From IMG/VR virus record IMGVR_UViG_3300009514_000001, positions 158,006 to 222,005 of that record: a stretch of 64,000 nucleotides of DNA; one strand, given 5' to 3'. The position numbers and the translations under genes were made by a program. The stretch's first letter is position 1; every line of letters begins with the position of its first letter. The notes under the pieces were generated by a model. That model ran no database searches, was not told where the DNA came from, and was given only the letters and a program-made list of their open reading frames with translations. This document shows positions 11,101-19,412 of this stretch, in pieces.

Positions 11101-12138
11101 CATGCCGTAGAATCTTTTGACCCCGAAACCAGAGAGTTGGGCGACCTTGTACACCGCGTTAAACTGACTCTCGACAAAGCTGAGACTACTTCCGAGACTC
11201 TCCATGTACTCCGCCTGCTGGGTGGCAATCTCACGGGCTGACACTCCCAGCAGCTTGCTATAGGTCAGGGCCACTCGGGTGACATCCTGGTAGTCCTGCA
11301 TGGCGCTCTTGGCGTTCGTGACGTCACTGGTCATCTCTTTCAGGACGTACCCAGCTTCGTTGAATGCGCCGAGAATTTCCATTTGGTCCTTCGCAACCGT
11401 CCCCCACTCAAAGTTGTTGCGGAGGTCTGTGGCGGCTTTGCGGGCAGCCCCCAAAGCATCCCCCAACTCCCAAATGTTGCCTCCAATATCGCCACCAGCG
11501 ACACCCCCTTCGAGCAGCGCCTTATTAAGGCCCTTGGCCTGGGCTTCGGCGTCGATGAGCATACCGATGATGCCGGAGAACAGACTGCCTACGGAGCCGA
11601 GAAGGGTGACGAGAGGGCCCATCATACGGAGGACCCTTCCCAGATTCTTCACGACGGCCCCGCCCATAAAGCCGCCCTTTTTGCCCCCCTTTACCTGTAT
11701 TGACTTGCCTACCTTGGCAAACTTTTTCCCAAGCTGTTCGGCTACGTCAGCCATGCCCTTGCCGAAACCTCCCACAATCCCCTCCACAAACCCGCGGGGA
11801 GACTTGAGGCCGGACAGGGCCGCCTGGAACGCTTGGTGAATCCGTTTCTGGACCTTCTCGACACCCTTTACAACTCCCCTAGTAACTCCCTCAAGGACAT
11901 TGTCTGCAAAGGCCTTGACAATAGCCTTCTTGGACAGGTTGACAGCCCCCTCCACACCCTCCCGAGTCGCCGATTCGAACACTCCCTTCAGAGTCCTCTC
12001 CAAGGCCGTCAGCCTCTTCGCATCCGAGGCCCCACCCGCACTGGAACGAGCGATCTCCTTGACCACATGGCCCAACCCCTGAGCAATAGCATCGAGCTTC
12101 CCTGTGACTGCATTAAGGGCGTCAATGATGGCGGCCAT
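8182..12138 (-). CDS. Tail tape measure protein (1318 aa)
   Basis: Long Ala/Gly/Lys-rich helical ORF following the tube and two chaperone-like genes. Ends with a TININITG-type segment. Confidence 0.8.
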   Translation of the reverse strand: MAAIIDALNAVTGKLDAIAQGLGHVVKEIARSSAGGASDAKRLTALERTLKGVFESATREGVEGAVNLSKKAIVKAFADNVLEGVTRGVVKGVEKVQKRIHQAFQAALSGLKSPRGFVEGIVGGFGKGMADVAEQLGKKFAKVGKSIQVKGGKKGGFMGGAVVKNLGRVLRMMGPLVTLLGSVGSLFSGIIGMLIDAEAQAKGLNKALLEGGVAGGDIGGNIWELGDALGAARKAATDLRNNFEWGTVAKDQMEILGAFNEAGYVLKEMTSDVTNAKSAMQDYQDVTRVALTYSKLLGVSAREIATQQAEYMESLGSSLSFVESQFNAVYKVAQLSGFGVKRFYGMVQQATSGMSMYNSRLDEAAGLLVRLGKILGSRVAGDFLQELKKGFVDESMTDRFKRVMTTGSGKMEKIFENSADDIAFAFGQKFEETTPAMQKALEGAGVSIDFGMLTDPKKGDETRKQLVSQLGKMDPKKQAVLLAKIRREDEGMSRELSKLIKVSEGAAGGMDNMSRNMGALDMGGVLAAKLGEFADVISTPLAEMDAEQLAAFEAGTGVSGEQLEILKEVDKGIRGNFSTLKEIAADPAAAYANKTQEEIRALQQKDMDAFGAFVDQNGRIVQAQLDEQGGIVPGTERAIESLGEYIQSQGDMIARASEVGLEENTAFAKAIASNTTDLATMMEIGVQGVLEKIYSVMLDIWSYMSGEEGISAEERRKALAESQEAEKRFLNARAAKEKEVADKQIEMDKASGDEKVKLEEELKALQEHSANLLIGALTEKESQRDISSAMDRKSFEEAKAGKFEQMMAAVENTKGVDAAESIRKSVEGTLDSMTSGLTEDAASLLRDAVMQDVVGVTGGGLAQGRSIEELVGQQLSTKGIAETAGKLAADLTTEQVGVSRPGGLFEGAAYATTKGLWGGAGVDIEAGRKEEKLSGLQAELKGLAELPAKFAEAGGKFYQVQQAAGAVSEGTLQEFRTQRGLGVGMEFLDPALEVAGQKAFDEVYQEGVGNIVEAEEAADLALRKDMGRQINLQEDAAKQRKSLHEESLSETVKMNAKQAKQIADEFTKSQLKSQLMQAALRVSGPGGPSKEMMELIELASTGDIRALITLSRMGIAPGGGMGGGVGSGRPGGGGPPPDQPPPPQPIGPDDVSDGPDDVSDGKPKKPKKPKGPPKREDYSSEEAFQQAIMDFYGTTEGLKRITEREERLDIGDLKRRSKALQDSGMSVAEFNKSQKEQQDFILRPGGQVVPFSGRDTILGAKSGGPLDRLLQEGVGGARPQAAQTAGKNTTININITGDTATVYRTVKQVFKEAGLIQR
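8657..8700. repeat. 21-bp tandem duplication (GPDDVSD x2) in a Pro/Gly/Lys-rich linker
   Basis: cccatctgagacatcatccgg is repeated directly. Confidence 0.85.
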
Positions 12139-13412
12139 TACTGGTCACCTCCGGGACGACGACCCAACCTGGGAAGGCGGTTTTGAATCGCCTCTTGGAG
12201 GGGGGTTGGAGTCGCCTTCTCGTTGCCGGGGAGGGCCGGTCGGCCGTCCTTGGTCATGCTCAGACCCCCTTCAGGAGGGGCTACCTGATGGCGCATGAGG
12301 CGGGCGTACCCCTTGGCTCGGTCGGCGCCTTGATCTGAGTAGAATCTCTTGAGGCCCGGGCGAGACTCTCCCGGCTCTCTGCCCTTGAGTATGGCTGACA
12401 GGGAGTCCAGGTCGTAGGCGACCACAGGTTGTTTGGGAAAGTCCCCTACACCTGGTACTACCTGTTCTGTCGGTGTCGTCGGTGTCGCATGGAGCATAGC
12501 GAGCTGTTCCTCCCGAAGGGACTGCTCTGTCTCGTAAGCGTCCATGACGCGAGACTTATAGGATTCGACGATACGGTCGTGGTCGTCGTACTCCCCCCGA
12601 ACCCAACGCCAGTACTCATCGGACATCTCGTCCGGACTCTGAGCCTGACTGAAGATCCTCCGCCCGTCGGCCAAATTGTCATTCTTGTCCAGGAGCCCGG
12701 TCCGACGGTAGTAGTTCTTGTCCATCGCCTCCTGGCGAGTCACCATCTCGCGCTTGAACCTAACGCGGTCTTGCATATCCAGCCGCTTGACCCCTTTGGG
12801 GGCGTGGGCCGAAGCAATGAACTTGGCGTTCTGCCACTCGACCAGGCCCTGAAGGCGACGATCCTCCACGAGGTTGAACGCCGACCACATTCTCTGGACT
12901 CCGTTCAAACCGAGGCTGCCGGTGCCTGGAATCCCGGATACACACGGACTGCTTAGTTCTCGGGCCCCGATCTGATGCCAAAGGGAACGAGAGCGGTCCT
13001 CGTAACAAAAGGCCTCGATAGAACTAAGGGCCTTGCCTACTCTCTGAAACAAGTCGACCTGACATGTAAACACCCCCGACAGAAGAGAATTCGGAAGCTT
13101 GCGCAGACGTTTGAATAGAGACGCCGAGACATTAACGTCCTCCAGGACCAGGACTCCATTGACCATCCACACGAGAGTAGACAGCATCCAAGCCATCCAC
13201 TCGCGTCCACTCCCACCATGCACTCGGGCCTGGACCAGGAACAGATCACGAGGGCTGGGGGACCGCAAGGCAAGAGTGGCCCCTCCCAGCTTGACCGTAT
13301 GGGTCAGAAATCCGGGGACAAGGAGACTCTCGATGTCCTCGTAGTGCTCCCCCCGCTGCTCATACGTTGTCGACGGGAGTTGCACTCTCTGGTCAAGGCC
13401 CGGGGAAGCCAC
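12138..13412 (-). CDS. Putative tail assembly chaperone (424 aa)
   Basis: Lies between tube and tape measure, and its stop overlaps the tape measure start. Function from synteny only. Confidence 0.5.
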   Translation of the reverse strand: MASPGLDQRVQLPSTTYEQRGEHYEDIESLLVPGFLTHTVKLGGATLALRSPSPRDLFLVQARVHGGSGREWMAWMLSTLVWMVNGVLVLEDVNVSASLFKRLRKLPNSLLSGVFTCQVDLFQRVGKALSSIEAFCYEDRSRSLWHQIGARELSSPCVSGIPGTGSLGLNGVQRMWSAFNLVEDRRLQGLVEWQNAKFIASAHAPKGVKRLDMQDRVRFKREMVTRQEAMDKNYYRRTGLLDKNDNLADGRRIFSQAQSPDEMSDEYWRWVRGEYDDHDRIVESYKSRVMDAYETEQSLREEQLAMLHATPTTPTEQVVPGVGDFPKQPVVAYDLDSLSAILKGREPGESRPGLKRFYSDQGADRAKGYARLMRHQVAPPEGGLSMTKDGRPALPGNEKATPTPLQEAIQNRLPRLGRRPGGDQ

Positions 13413-13415
13413 TGG

Positions 13416-14852
13416 TCATCGCCTCCGCTTGCGAGGGGTGAACTGGGGGTTCTTGTTGCCTGTGCCAGGAATCGGGTCACTGACACCTTTCGACTGAGTC
13501 GAAGAACCCTCCGCCGAGGGCACGTTCCGACCCGTAATCTCCTGTCCCGGTGACTTGAACACCGGAATGTCCCGGCCCCCTTGCTGGAGAGTTCCAACAT
13601 GATGGAACTGCTGCTCCTGGTGAATCGCCCGAGGGTCGACACCACGAGGAGCACGTGCGGGCTGTTGGTGGGCCTGGGCCTGAACCGCCTGGGCCGCGTC
13701 CGCATGGGGAGCACGACGACGTTTCACGGGAATGGGCCGGACCTGGTCCCTCCGCGTCTGGTACTGCCCCTGGGAGACGCCCTCCGTCGCCTGGAGTGCC
13801 GCCTGATGTTGTTGGCGAGCTTGGGCAGCATGTTGCTGTCGGACCTGGTCCGCGGCGTGGGGGTCGAAGGCCTGGTTCTGGGAGTACTGCTGGGCGATGT
13901 TCTGGGCCGTCTGCGCCCTCGCAGCATTCGCCCGAGCCAGCTTCTCCTGCAAAACGTCCTCGGGAGTCTGGACCATCATCGCCTCCATCTCCGCCACCCT
14001 GCCGGGCTCCATGGTGGGGGCGTGGGCGTTCGGAACTCGCTGTGAGACCGTCTGAGGCGCTCGCTGTGGTGCCGGAGGGGGGGGCTGCGGAACCTGGTGT
14101 TGACTGTAGACCGCCTGACGACGCGCCAGCTCCTCCTGGAGACGGGCAATCTCGGCTGCCTCGCCGTCCTGATAGGAGGGCTGGGGCTGCTCCTCTTCTT
14201 CGGGTCGTTGACGACGTCGAGGAAGAGGGACATCCTCCCCTCGGGCCAGGGACTCCTGTTGGACCATGTTGACGAGGTTGTGGTCGAGAGCTGTCTTGAT
14301 AGCCTGGTTCTTCGAATCGACGGAAGCCGCCTCGTGGCGTTTCTGTTCCATCCTCAACTCTTCGACACGCCCCTCCAGACGGGATATTTCCAGCTCGAAA
14401 TCGACAGGATCGAGGACGATGGCCTTCTCAGCTCGAAGCTGAGTCCGGGTGGTCAGCTCGCCGTACTTTTGAAAAGCTCTGGTGACGTACGGACCAGACC
14501 ACCGAGCGATAAGGCGACGGGCGACCTCGACCTTCTCCCGCCTGATGGGGGTTCCGTCGTTCTTGGCCTCCCCCGTTGCGACATAGGCCCCGCTGAGGTC
14601 GACGCCACTGACAGCGACGATTGCGTAGGCAAGGGTCGAAATCTTCAGGCGGTGGATGTAGTCGAGAGTGGTGGCGCCATCTTCTCCTCCGACCTCCCAG
14701 GCTACATTCGCGTATTTGACGACCTCTACTTCCTCTTCGTCTCCCAGAACGCGTATGGTAACGGGCACTCCGCCAATATCGAAGCTGATCTCGTCGTGAC
14801 TCAGCTCATCAATCTGGCCAAATGCCTCCTCCAAAATCCGTTGGTCGAGCAT
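13416..14852 (-). CDS. Putative tail assembly chaperone with a Gln/Pro/Ala-rich disordered C-terminal half (478 aa)
   Basis: GGAGG Shine-Dalgarno. First gene after the tube. The N-terminal VTIRVL...TLAYAIVAVSG pattern is typical of myophage chaperones. Confidence 0.55.
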   Translation of the reverse strand: MLDQRILEEAFGQIDELSHDEISFDIGGVPVTIRVLGDEEEVEVVKYANVAWEVGGEDGATTLDYIHRLKISTLAYAIVAVSGVDLSGAYVATGEAKNDGTPIRREKVEVARRLIARWSGPYVTRAFQKYGELTTRTQLRAEKAIVLDPVDFELEISRLEGRVEELRMEQKRHEAASVDSKNQAIKTALDHNLVNMVQQESLARGEDVPLPRRRQRPEEEEQPQPSYQDGEAAEIARLQEELARRQAVYSQHQVPQPPPPAPQRAPQTVSQRVPNAHAPTMEPGRVAEMEAMMVQTPEDVLQEKLARANAARAQTAQNIAQQYSQNQAFDPHAADQVRQQHAAQARQQHQAALQATEGVSQGQYQTRRDQVRPIPVKRRRAPHADAAQAVQAQAHQQPARAPRGVDPRAIHQEQQFHHVGTLQQGGRDIPVFKSPGQEITGRNVPSAEGSSTQSKGVSDPIPGTGNKNPQFTPRKRRR

Positions 14853-15096
14853 GCTTCCTCCTCAAAGGGAGGGACAAGCTGGGGACGAAGAGAAGCCGAG
14901 GAGAATGTCTTTCATCTGCTCTATCTATCTGAATCTATCAACCCAGGGGTGGGTCGGGTGAGCAAAGCGCGAAGACGGTTCTATCTGATCTATCTATCTC
15001 GACTCATCTGTCGGCCGCCAAGCCGCCCCCCGAAAGGGATGGGGTGATCTACGCCACCCCTTCAGACTTGAGTGCCCGGGGCGCCCCTATGGCGCT

Positions 15097-15479
15097 TTAG
15101 GGCGTCTGGTAACGTACCGAGCCAAGCTGGCCGATGGTCGGGTCGTTACCCGTGGCGATGAACTCGCCATAGGTGCTGCTGAAGTCGTAGACGTCGCTGA
15201 TGGTGACGTCGCCCGACTCCATGATCATACCGGAGTCCTGGCTGAACGTGGCCGACCAGGAGTTAAACCAACAGGCCTCGTAGATGGTCACGACTGCCTG
15301 GTGGGTCGGGTTGGCCGGGTTGCCATTGGCGTCCGGAATGACACCCTGGGCAGTGAAGTCCACGGACTGAACACCGCCGTTGAATGTTCCGGTGCCTGGA
15401 GCCGGAGGCCCACCACCCTGGGTTCCGCCGAGATCACGATCCACGAGACTGCTGAACACCAATTGCTGCTCGATGTCGA
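15097..15479 (-). CDS. Tail tube protein, exon 3
   Basis: Begins TC GAC ATC GAG after the terminal G of intron 2. Encodes (F)DIEQQLVF...TIYEACWFNSWSATFSQDSGMIMESGDV, a tube-protein C-terminal pattern. Confidence 0.85.
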
Positions 15480-15778
15480 CATTCTGTTAGCACCCAAAAG
15501 GGCCCCCGAGACGTTTCCGCTCGGGTCTGCATGTCACCATGCAGATCGGACCATATCACCACCCCCTAGTAGGGGTGTCCCGCGCTGCGCTCTAGCAATC
15601 TCTCGCTAGAGGCCTACTCGAAACCCTAGACGACAAGTCCGTAGGTCCTTTCGTGGTCTCTACACCTTCCCAGGAGTTTCCCCCTGGGCTTGGCTCGGGA
15701 TTGTCTGACAATAGTCAGAGTTCCCCCGAATTCACGGAATTTTCACCACCAGGTTACCCTAGTGGGCCGCTCAAATTA
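15480..15778 (-). mobile_element. Group I intron 2 of the tail tube gene (299 nt, no ORF)
   Basis: Upstream exon ends in U and the intron ends in G. P1 is GGCCGU/GCGGCC with a U-G pair; P10 is UUGA/UCGA. Core elements: P AATTCGGGGGAA, Q AATCCCGAGC, P7 GACCA/TGGTC. Removal restores ...WP-F-DIE... in frame. Confidence 0.9.
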
Positions 15779-15840
15779 ACGGCCATCGATGATGTCTCAG
15801 TGAACGAACAGGTCCGTCTACCCCACCAGCATATCCTGTG
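15779..15840 (-). CDS. Tail tube protein, micro-exon 2 (62 nt)
   Basis: Encodes TGYAGGVDGPVRSLRHHRWP and is in frame with exons 1 and 3 after splicing. Confidence 0.85.
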
Positions 15841-17063
15841 CACGTCTGTTACCTTCGGAGCTTCACAGCTCCGATGGAGTGGTCGTTTCGGTTCCGCCAC
15901 TCTCCCATGCTTTCACATGGGGTCCGACCATATCTTCACCCCGCAAAGGTCTCGGGGGCCCGACGTATGGCCTGTGAGGGTTCACCTTGTACCGCATGGA
16001 GGTAATCATGTACGGACGGACGATGTCGAAGAACTTGGAGGTGTCGTATGGGCGTATCTGGAGAAACACCCGACCCCACCCTCGTTTGTCGTTCGAGACC
16101 GGCTTGATCAAAGCCTGGAACCCGAAAGACGACTCAAGCACCTGAGCGACAGGCTTTGCTTGAGACTCGAACATTTGAGTGGTCAAGACTGGTTCTTTGC
16201 CCCAGCCACCCAGAGAACCATCATCCATGTACCAGATTGCGAGACCAAACGGCGTCAGCTTTTCGGCCATCTCCGGGGTGTAGACCTTAGTCCACTTCCC
16301 TTCAAGGTCCGGTGTACAGAACGGGTGCCAAGACGGGTCCATCCGACGATAGAACCTGTCCTTCCACTCCAGAAACAAAGGGTGGGCGCCTGTGACGAAA
16401 TGAGCCCCATCTGGGTTCTCGACACAGGAGTCCTTGTACGCCGGAGACAAGAAGTCCGCCATGAGGCGACGCTTCCACTCGACATACTCCCGTTGATTTG
16501 GTCCGTGGTTGACATAGAACTGAGCGCTCCGAGATGACCCCGGAGGAATCTGGACATGGCCGTCTCCAAACAATGTCCCCACCAGGAACTCCTCCTGTTT
16601 GGGGGACAGTGCGTCCGGGTATCGCCACTCATTCCACTTCGGGAGCTTGACGCCCCATTTGCGGGCCCAGTTCATGACCGTAGCTACGCTGACTCCAAAA
16701 TGATCTGCAATCTCCCCTCGGCTCCTGCGTTGGACTTCCGCCATCTCTCTCAGGACAGACTCCTCTACTCGATTGTGTCGGTACGCGCTCTTGCGGAGCC
16801 CGAACTTCTTCAACCAGTAGTTGGTCTTCCCATGGGACACACCTGTCTCTTCGGCAATTTCCGAGACGGTCTTCCCAGCCCCCCAAAGGGCTTCGAGTTG
16901 GTTTCTGTCCATACTTGGTGTCTTCCCTGCTGATTACCCAATCTTCTGGATTGTCACTCACTGCCTGAGTACCAGAAGCTCTAAGGGCGTTCCAGCATAT
17001 AGTCGGGTTGCAACCTAGAGTCTCCTCTAGGCGAGGTCGAAAAACCGCAAATCCTATTAATTT
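15841..17063 (-). mobile_element. Group I intron 1 of the tail tube gene (about 1223 nt) carrying a homing endonuclease
   Basis: P1 is CCGU|AAAU...AUUUGCGG. P2 is CCTAGAG-GAGA-CTCTAGG; P3 is CCCGAC/GTCGGG. P TATGCTGGAA, Q AATCAGCAGG, S AAGATATGGTC. The 3' end TAACAGACGTG resembles TAACAGAATG of intron 2. Exact boundaries are less certain than for intron 2. Confidence 0.85.
15863..16912 (-). CDS. Intron-encoded LAGLIDADG homing endonuclease with N-terminal HTH domains (349 aa)
   Basis: Motifs FLVGTLFGDG and LAIWYMDDG, plus two HTH-like segments. Confidence 0.85.
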   Translation of the reverse strand: MDRNQLEALWGAGKTVSEIAEETGVSHGKTNYWLKKFGLRKSAYRHNRVEESVLREMAEVQRRSRGEIADHFGVSVATVMNWARKWGVKLPKWNEWRYPDALSPKQEEFLVGTLFGDGHVQIPPGSSRSAQFYVNHGPNQREYVEWKRRLMADFLSPAYKDSCVENPDGAHFVTGAHPLFLEWKDRFYRRMDPSWHPFCTPDLEGKWTKVYTPEMAEKLTPFGLAIWYMDDGSLGGWGKEPVLTTQMFESQAKPVAQVLESSFGFQALIKPVSNDKRGWGRVFLQIRPYDTSKFFDIVRPYMITSMRYKVNPHRPYVGPPRPLRGEDMVGPHVKAWESGGTETTTPSEL

Positions 17064-17398
17064 ACGGGGTGATCCGCCTGCCACAAGTTGTTGAGGTATA
17101 GGAGTGCTCGCTCAAAGCTAGCAGTCTCTGGATCGGTCACTCCAGGTACCAGCTCGGCGATTTGGTCGCCGAAGCCAATTCCTCGGACGGCATCGATGGT
17201 CCGACTCATCGTCGGCGAGAAACTGCTCACCACACCGATCTGGAACAGGTCGCCTGTTGCGGCGCCATAGACCGGAGTGAGCAGCCTCACCTTCTGCGAC
17301 ACGGCGACGCGCGTATTAGGCGACGTTCCGAAGTCGTAGAGATAAGACGTACCCTGCACGCCAGAGGAGGCCTGGGGATTGCGATCCTGGTTGGGCAT
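17064..17398 (-). CDS. Tail tube protein, exon 1 (spliced product about 259 aa)
   Basis: GGAGG SD and ATG 17398. Encodes QIGVVSSFSPTMSRTIDAVRGIGFGDQIAELVPG, a T4 gp19-like tube pattern. The frame stops just inside the intron. Confidence 0.85.
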
Positions 17399-17477
17399 AG
17401 TAGCCTCCCTGAGTTTGTGTTTGGGTGCGGGCAAGGACCTTCCAAGCCCTACTGACTATGCCTCAGGTATAGGGAGA

Positions 17478-17813
17478 TTAGGAACGCCGCTGTTCGTCCA
17501 CCCACCCCCGGTAGCCCAAACTCTCCAGCCTCCTGACTTCCCGGAACTCGTCCAGATCCTCAGCCCACTCAATAGCTTCCTGGTAGTCCTGGTACCCGAG
17601 ACCCTCCCTGCGAGTCTGGACGTACTCTCTCAGGGACCGGATGGTCTGGGGGCGGGGGTAGCTCTTCGTAACCTTCACAGCCGTTGCGTCAGCCCAAAAC
17701 TGCTTCGTCCCATCCTTGAACGACAGCTTGTAAGCCGGCCCCCTCCGCGTAGTACCTTCCCAGACCACATAGTACTCACGCCCCTTGTAGAGAGCCCAAC
17801 GGACAAGGCCCAC
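17478..17813 (-). CDS. Hypothetical protein
   Basis: 111-aa ORF on the coding strand; start uncertain. Confidence 0.5.
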   Translation of the reverse strand: MGLVRWALYKGREYYVVWEGTTRRGPAYKLSFKDGTKQFWADATAVKVTKSYPRPQTIRSLREYVQTRREGLGYQDYQEAIEWAEDLDEFREVRRLESLGYRGWVDEQRRS

Positions 17814-17883
17814 CAGAAGCGAACCTCAGGCGGGCCTTGAGCCAAAAGCCAAACATGTTGGGGCCCCCAAGACGTTCGGCGGA

Positions 17884-18315
17884 TTAGACGAGAAGTCTTG
17901 TGTCGAGAATCTGACGACGAAGCAACCCCGCCTCCCTCAGGTAGGACATCGAAGAGTCGTCCCGACAAAGAGTGATGCTGGCCGACAAGTCCAGGTCGAA
18001 CCGCCTTCTCAGAGCGTACAGAGCCGGGATGGGGTCGCTAGGGTCGAGGAACACCAGCGACATCCGATCTACCCACCGGTGGCCCAGACGTCTACTGAAC
18101 CACTCTCCTAGGAGATCATGGGTGTCCGACACGTCGTGTAGGGAGGGGTTCTCTCCCGGCACCCAGGACATGTCGAACATCCCCACGACCCGTCTCTTGG
18201 TCGACATCAGATCACGAATGAAGTCGACCAGGTAACCCGTCGACGCGAGGGAGTCGTCCGCCAAGGTCATCATGGCGGACATCTCCAGGAACACGGCACT
18301 CTGGAAGAACCCCAT
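17884..18315 (-). CDS. Hypothetical protein
   Basis: 143-aa ORF with a GGAGG SD. Confidence 0.55.
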   Translation of the reverse strand: MGFFQSAVFLEMSAMMTLADDSLASTGYLVDFIRDLMSTKRRVVGMFDMSWVPGENPSLHDVSDTHDLLGEWFSRRLGHRWVDRMSLVFLDPSDPIPALYALRRRFDLDLSASITLCRDDSSMSYLREAGLLRRQILDTRLLV

Positions 18316-18361
18316 GAGCCTCCCCCACAGCTACGCACTGTGCCTCGACCAAGGTGTCGAA

Positions 18362-19279
18362 CTACTGTGCGGCGTGAAGCTCCAGAGCACGAATCAGTCT
18401 TGTGAGCCCGATACCGCCTCCGAACCTGGGTGTCTGTTCCAGTGGGAGGTCGAAGTAGGCCTCCAGCTCTTCACGGACACGACGCTCTCCAAAGGCGTTG
18501 AAGAGCATCTGTGCGTACTGCCCATCGGACACCGCCTCGAACTGATCTCGCATCTCGGCGATGTTGGTAGAGCGTTCCGCACTCCCTATAGTTTCCTGGC
18601 CATAGAGAAGAACGTCGACTTTCGCGTAGAGGGAACCGCCCTCGCGGCGCTTCATGTTCCAGAAGGGATGTGACCTCTGGGGGAAGTCGGTGAGGAACAC
18701 CGCGTGATAGTCTTCTCCCAGAATCTCCTCCTCCGGCGTATCGATGAGGTTGACTCCGTAGTTCTCGCAGAGGTCCTCGTAGGCCACCCGGATGGGGGCG
18801 TTGTCGACGAGAGAGCCCTTTGCCGCGATGAAGTCCCGGGTCCTCAGGGCATGGACGAACTGGTCGACTGTATACTGGGGGTCGTGGTCGTCAATCAGAC
18901 CCAGGTGACCAAGGAGGCGAGCCTCAACCTCGATGAGGTCCTCCATGTCCCCCCGCCCCTCGAACTCGAACATAGGGAACACCCGCTCGTGACGTCCCGG
19001 GATGGGGTTGGGCTCGTCCCGGTAGCTGGTGGTGACGCAGTAGCACCCCACCATGTTCGGGTCTGAGAGAAGCTCCCGTTCCAACTCCATCTGCCCCGTT
19101 TGGACCAAGGGCCAGACTGTCCCTCCGCTGGTGAACAGGGACATGGTCTTCGGGTCCTCACAGGCCGCCAGGATGGATGTCCTGCACTGGGAAGGAACCT
19201 CGATGTACCCCAGACTCCGAAAGAACTCTCGGAGGCGGCTGACCGCGTCGTCGTACACTCGGCTATTGATGTGAGCCAT
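18362..19279 (-). CDS. Asn/Asp-tRNA-synthetase catalytic-domain paralogue (archaeal-type asparagine synthetase-like), lacking the anticodon-binding domain
   Basis: Class II motif 1 LREFFRSLGYIEV, motif 2 SYRDE...RH..FPMFEFE, motif 3 FGGGIGLTRL, plus ETIGSAER. About 305 aa from ATG 19279. Confidence 0.8.
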   Translation of the reverse strand: MAHINSRVYDDAVSRLREFFRSLGYIEVPSQCRTSILAACEDPKTMSLFTSGGTVWPLVQTGQMELERELLSDPNMVGCYCVTTSYRDEPNPIPGRHERVFPMFEFEGRGDMEDLIEVEARLLGHLGLIDDHDPQYTVDQFVHALRTRDFIAAKGSLVDNAPIRVAYEDLCENYGVNLIDTPEEEILGEDYHAVFLTDFPQRSHPFWNMKRREGGSLYAKVDVLLYGQETIGSAERSTNIAEMRDQFEAVSDGQYAQMLFNAFGERRVREELEAYFDLPLEQTPRFGGGIGLTRLIRALELHAAQ

Positions 19280-19291
19280 TGTTCTCCCCAC

Positions 19292-19325
19292 AAAGAAAAG
19301 CCCTTCCACGAGTTCGTGGAAGGGC
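19292..19325 (-). terminator. Intrinsic terminator-like hairpin
   Basis: GCCCTTCCACG-AACT-CGTGGAAGGGC followed by TTTTCTTT on the minus strand. Confidence 0.75.
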
Positions 19326-19412
19326 CTCAGTAACGGTATTGGATGGTCCTCTCAACCGGCTGTCTCCAGTCAGGTTCCTCTCATGCTCTCGTATCGAGAG
19401 ACCAACGACGAC

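Noticed and set aside
15288-15497. Short ORFs at the intron 2 / exon 3 boundary as independent genes
   Set aside because: Explained by the spliced tube gene.
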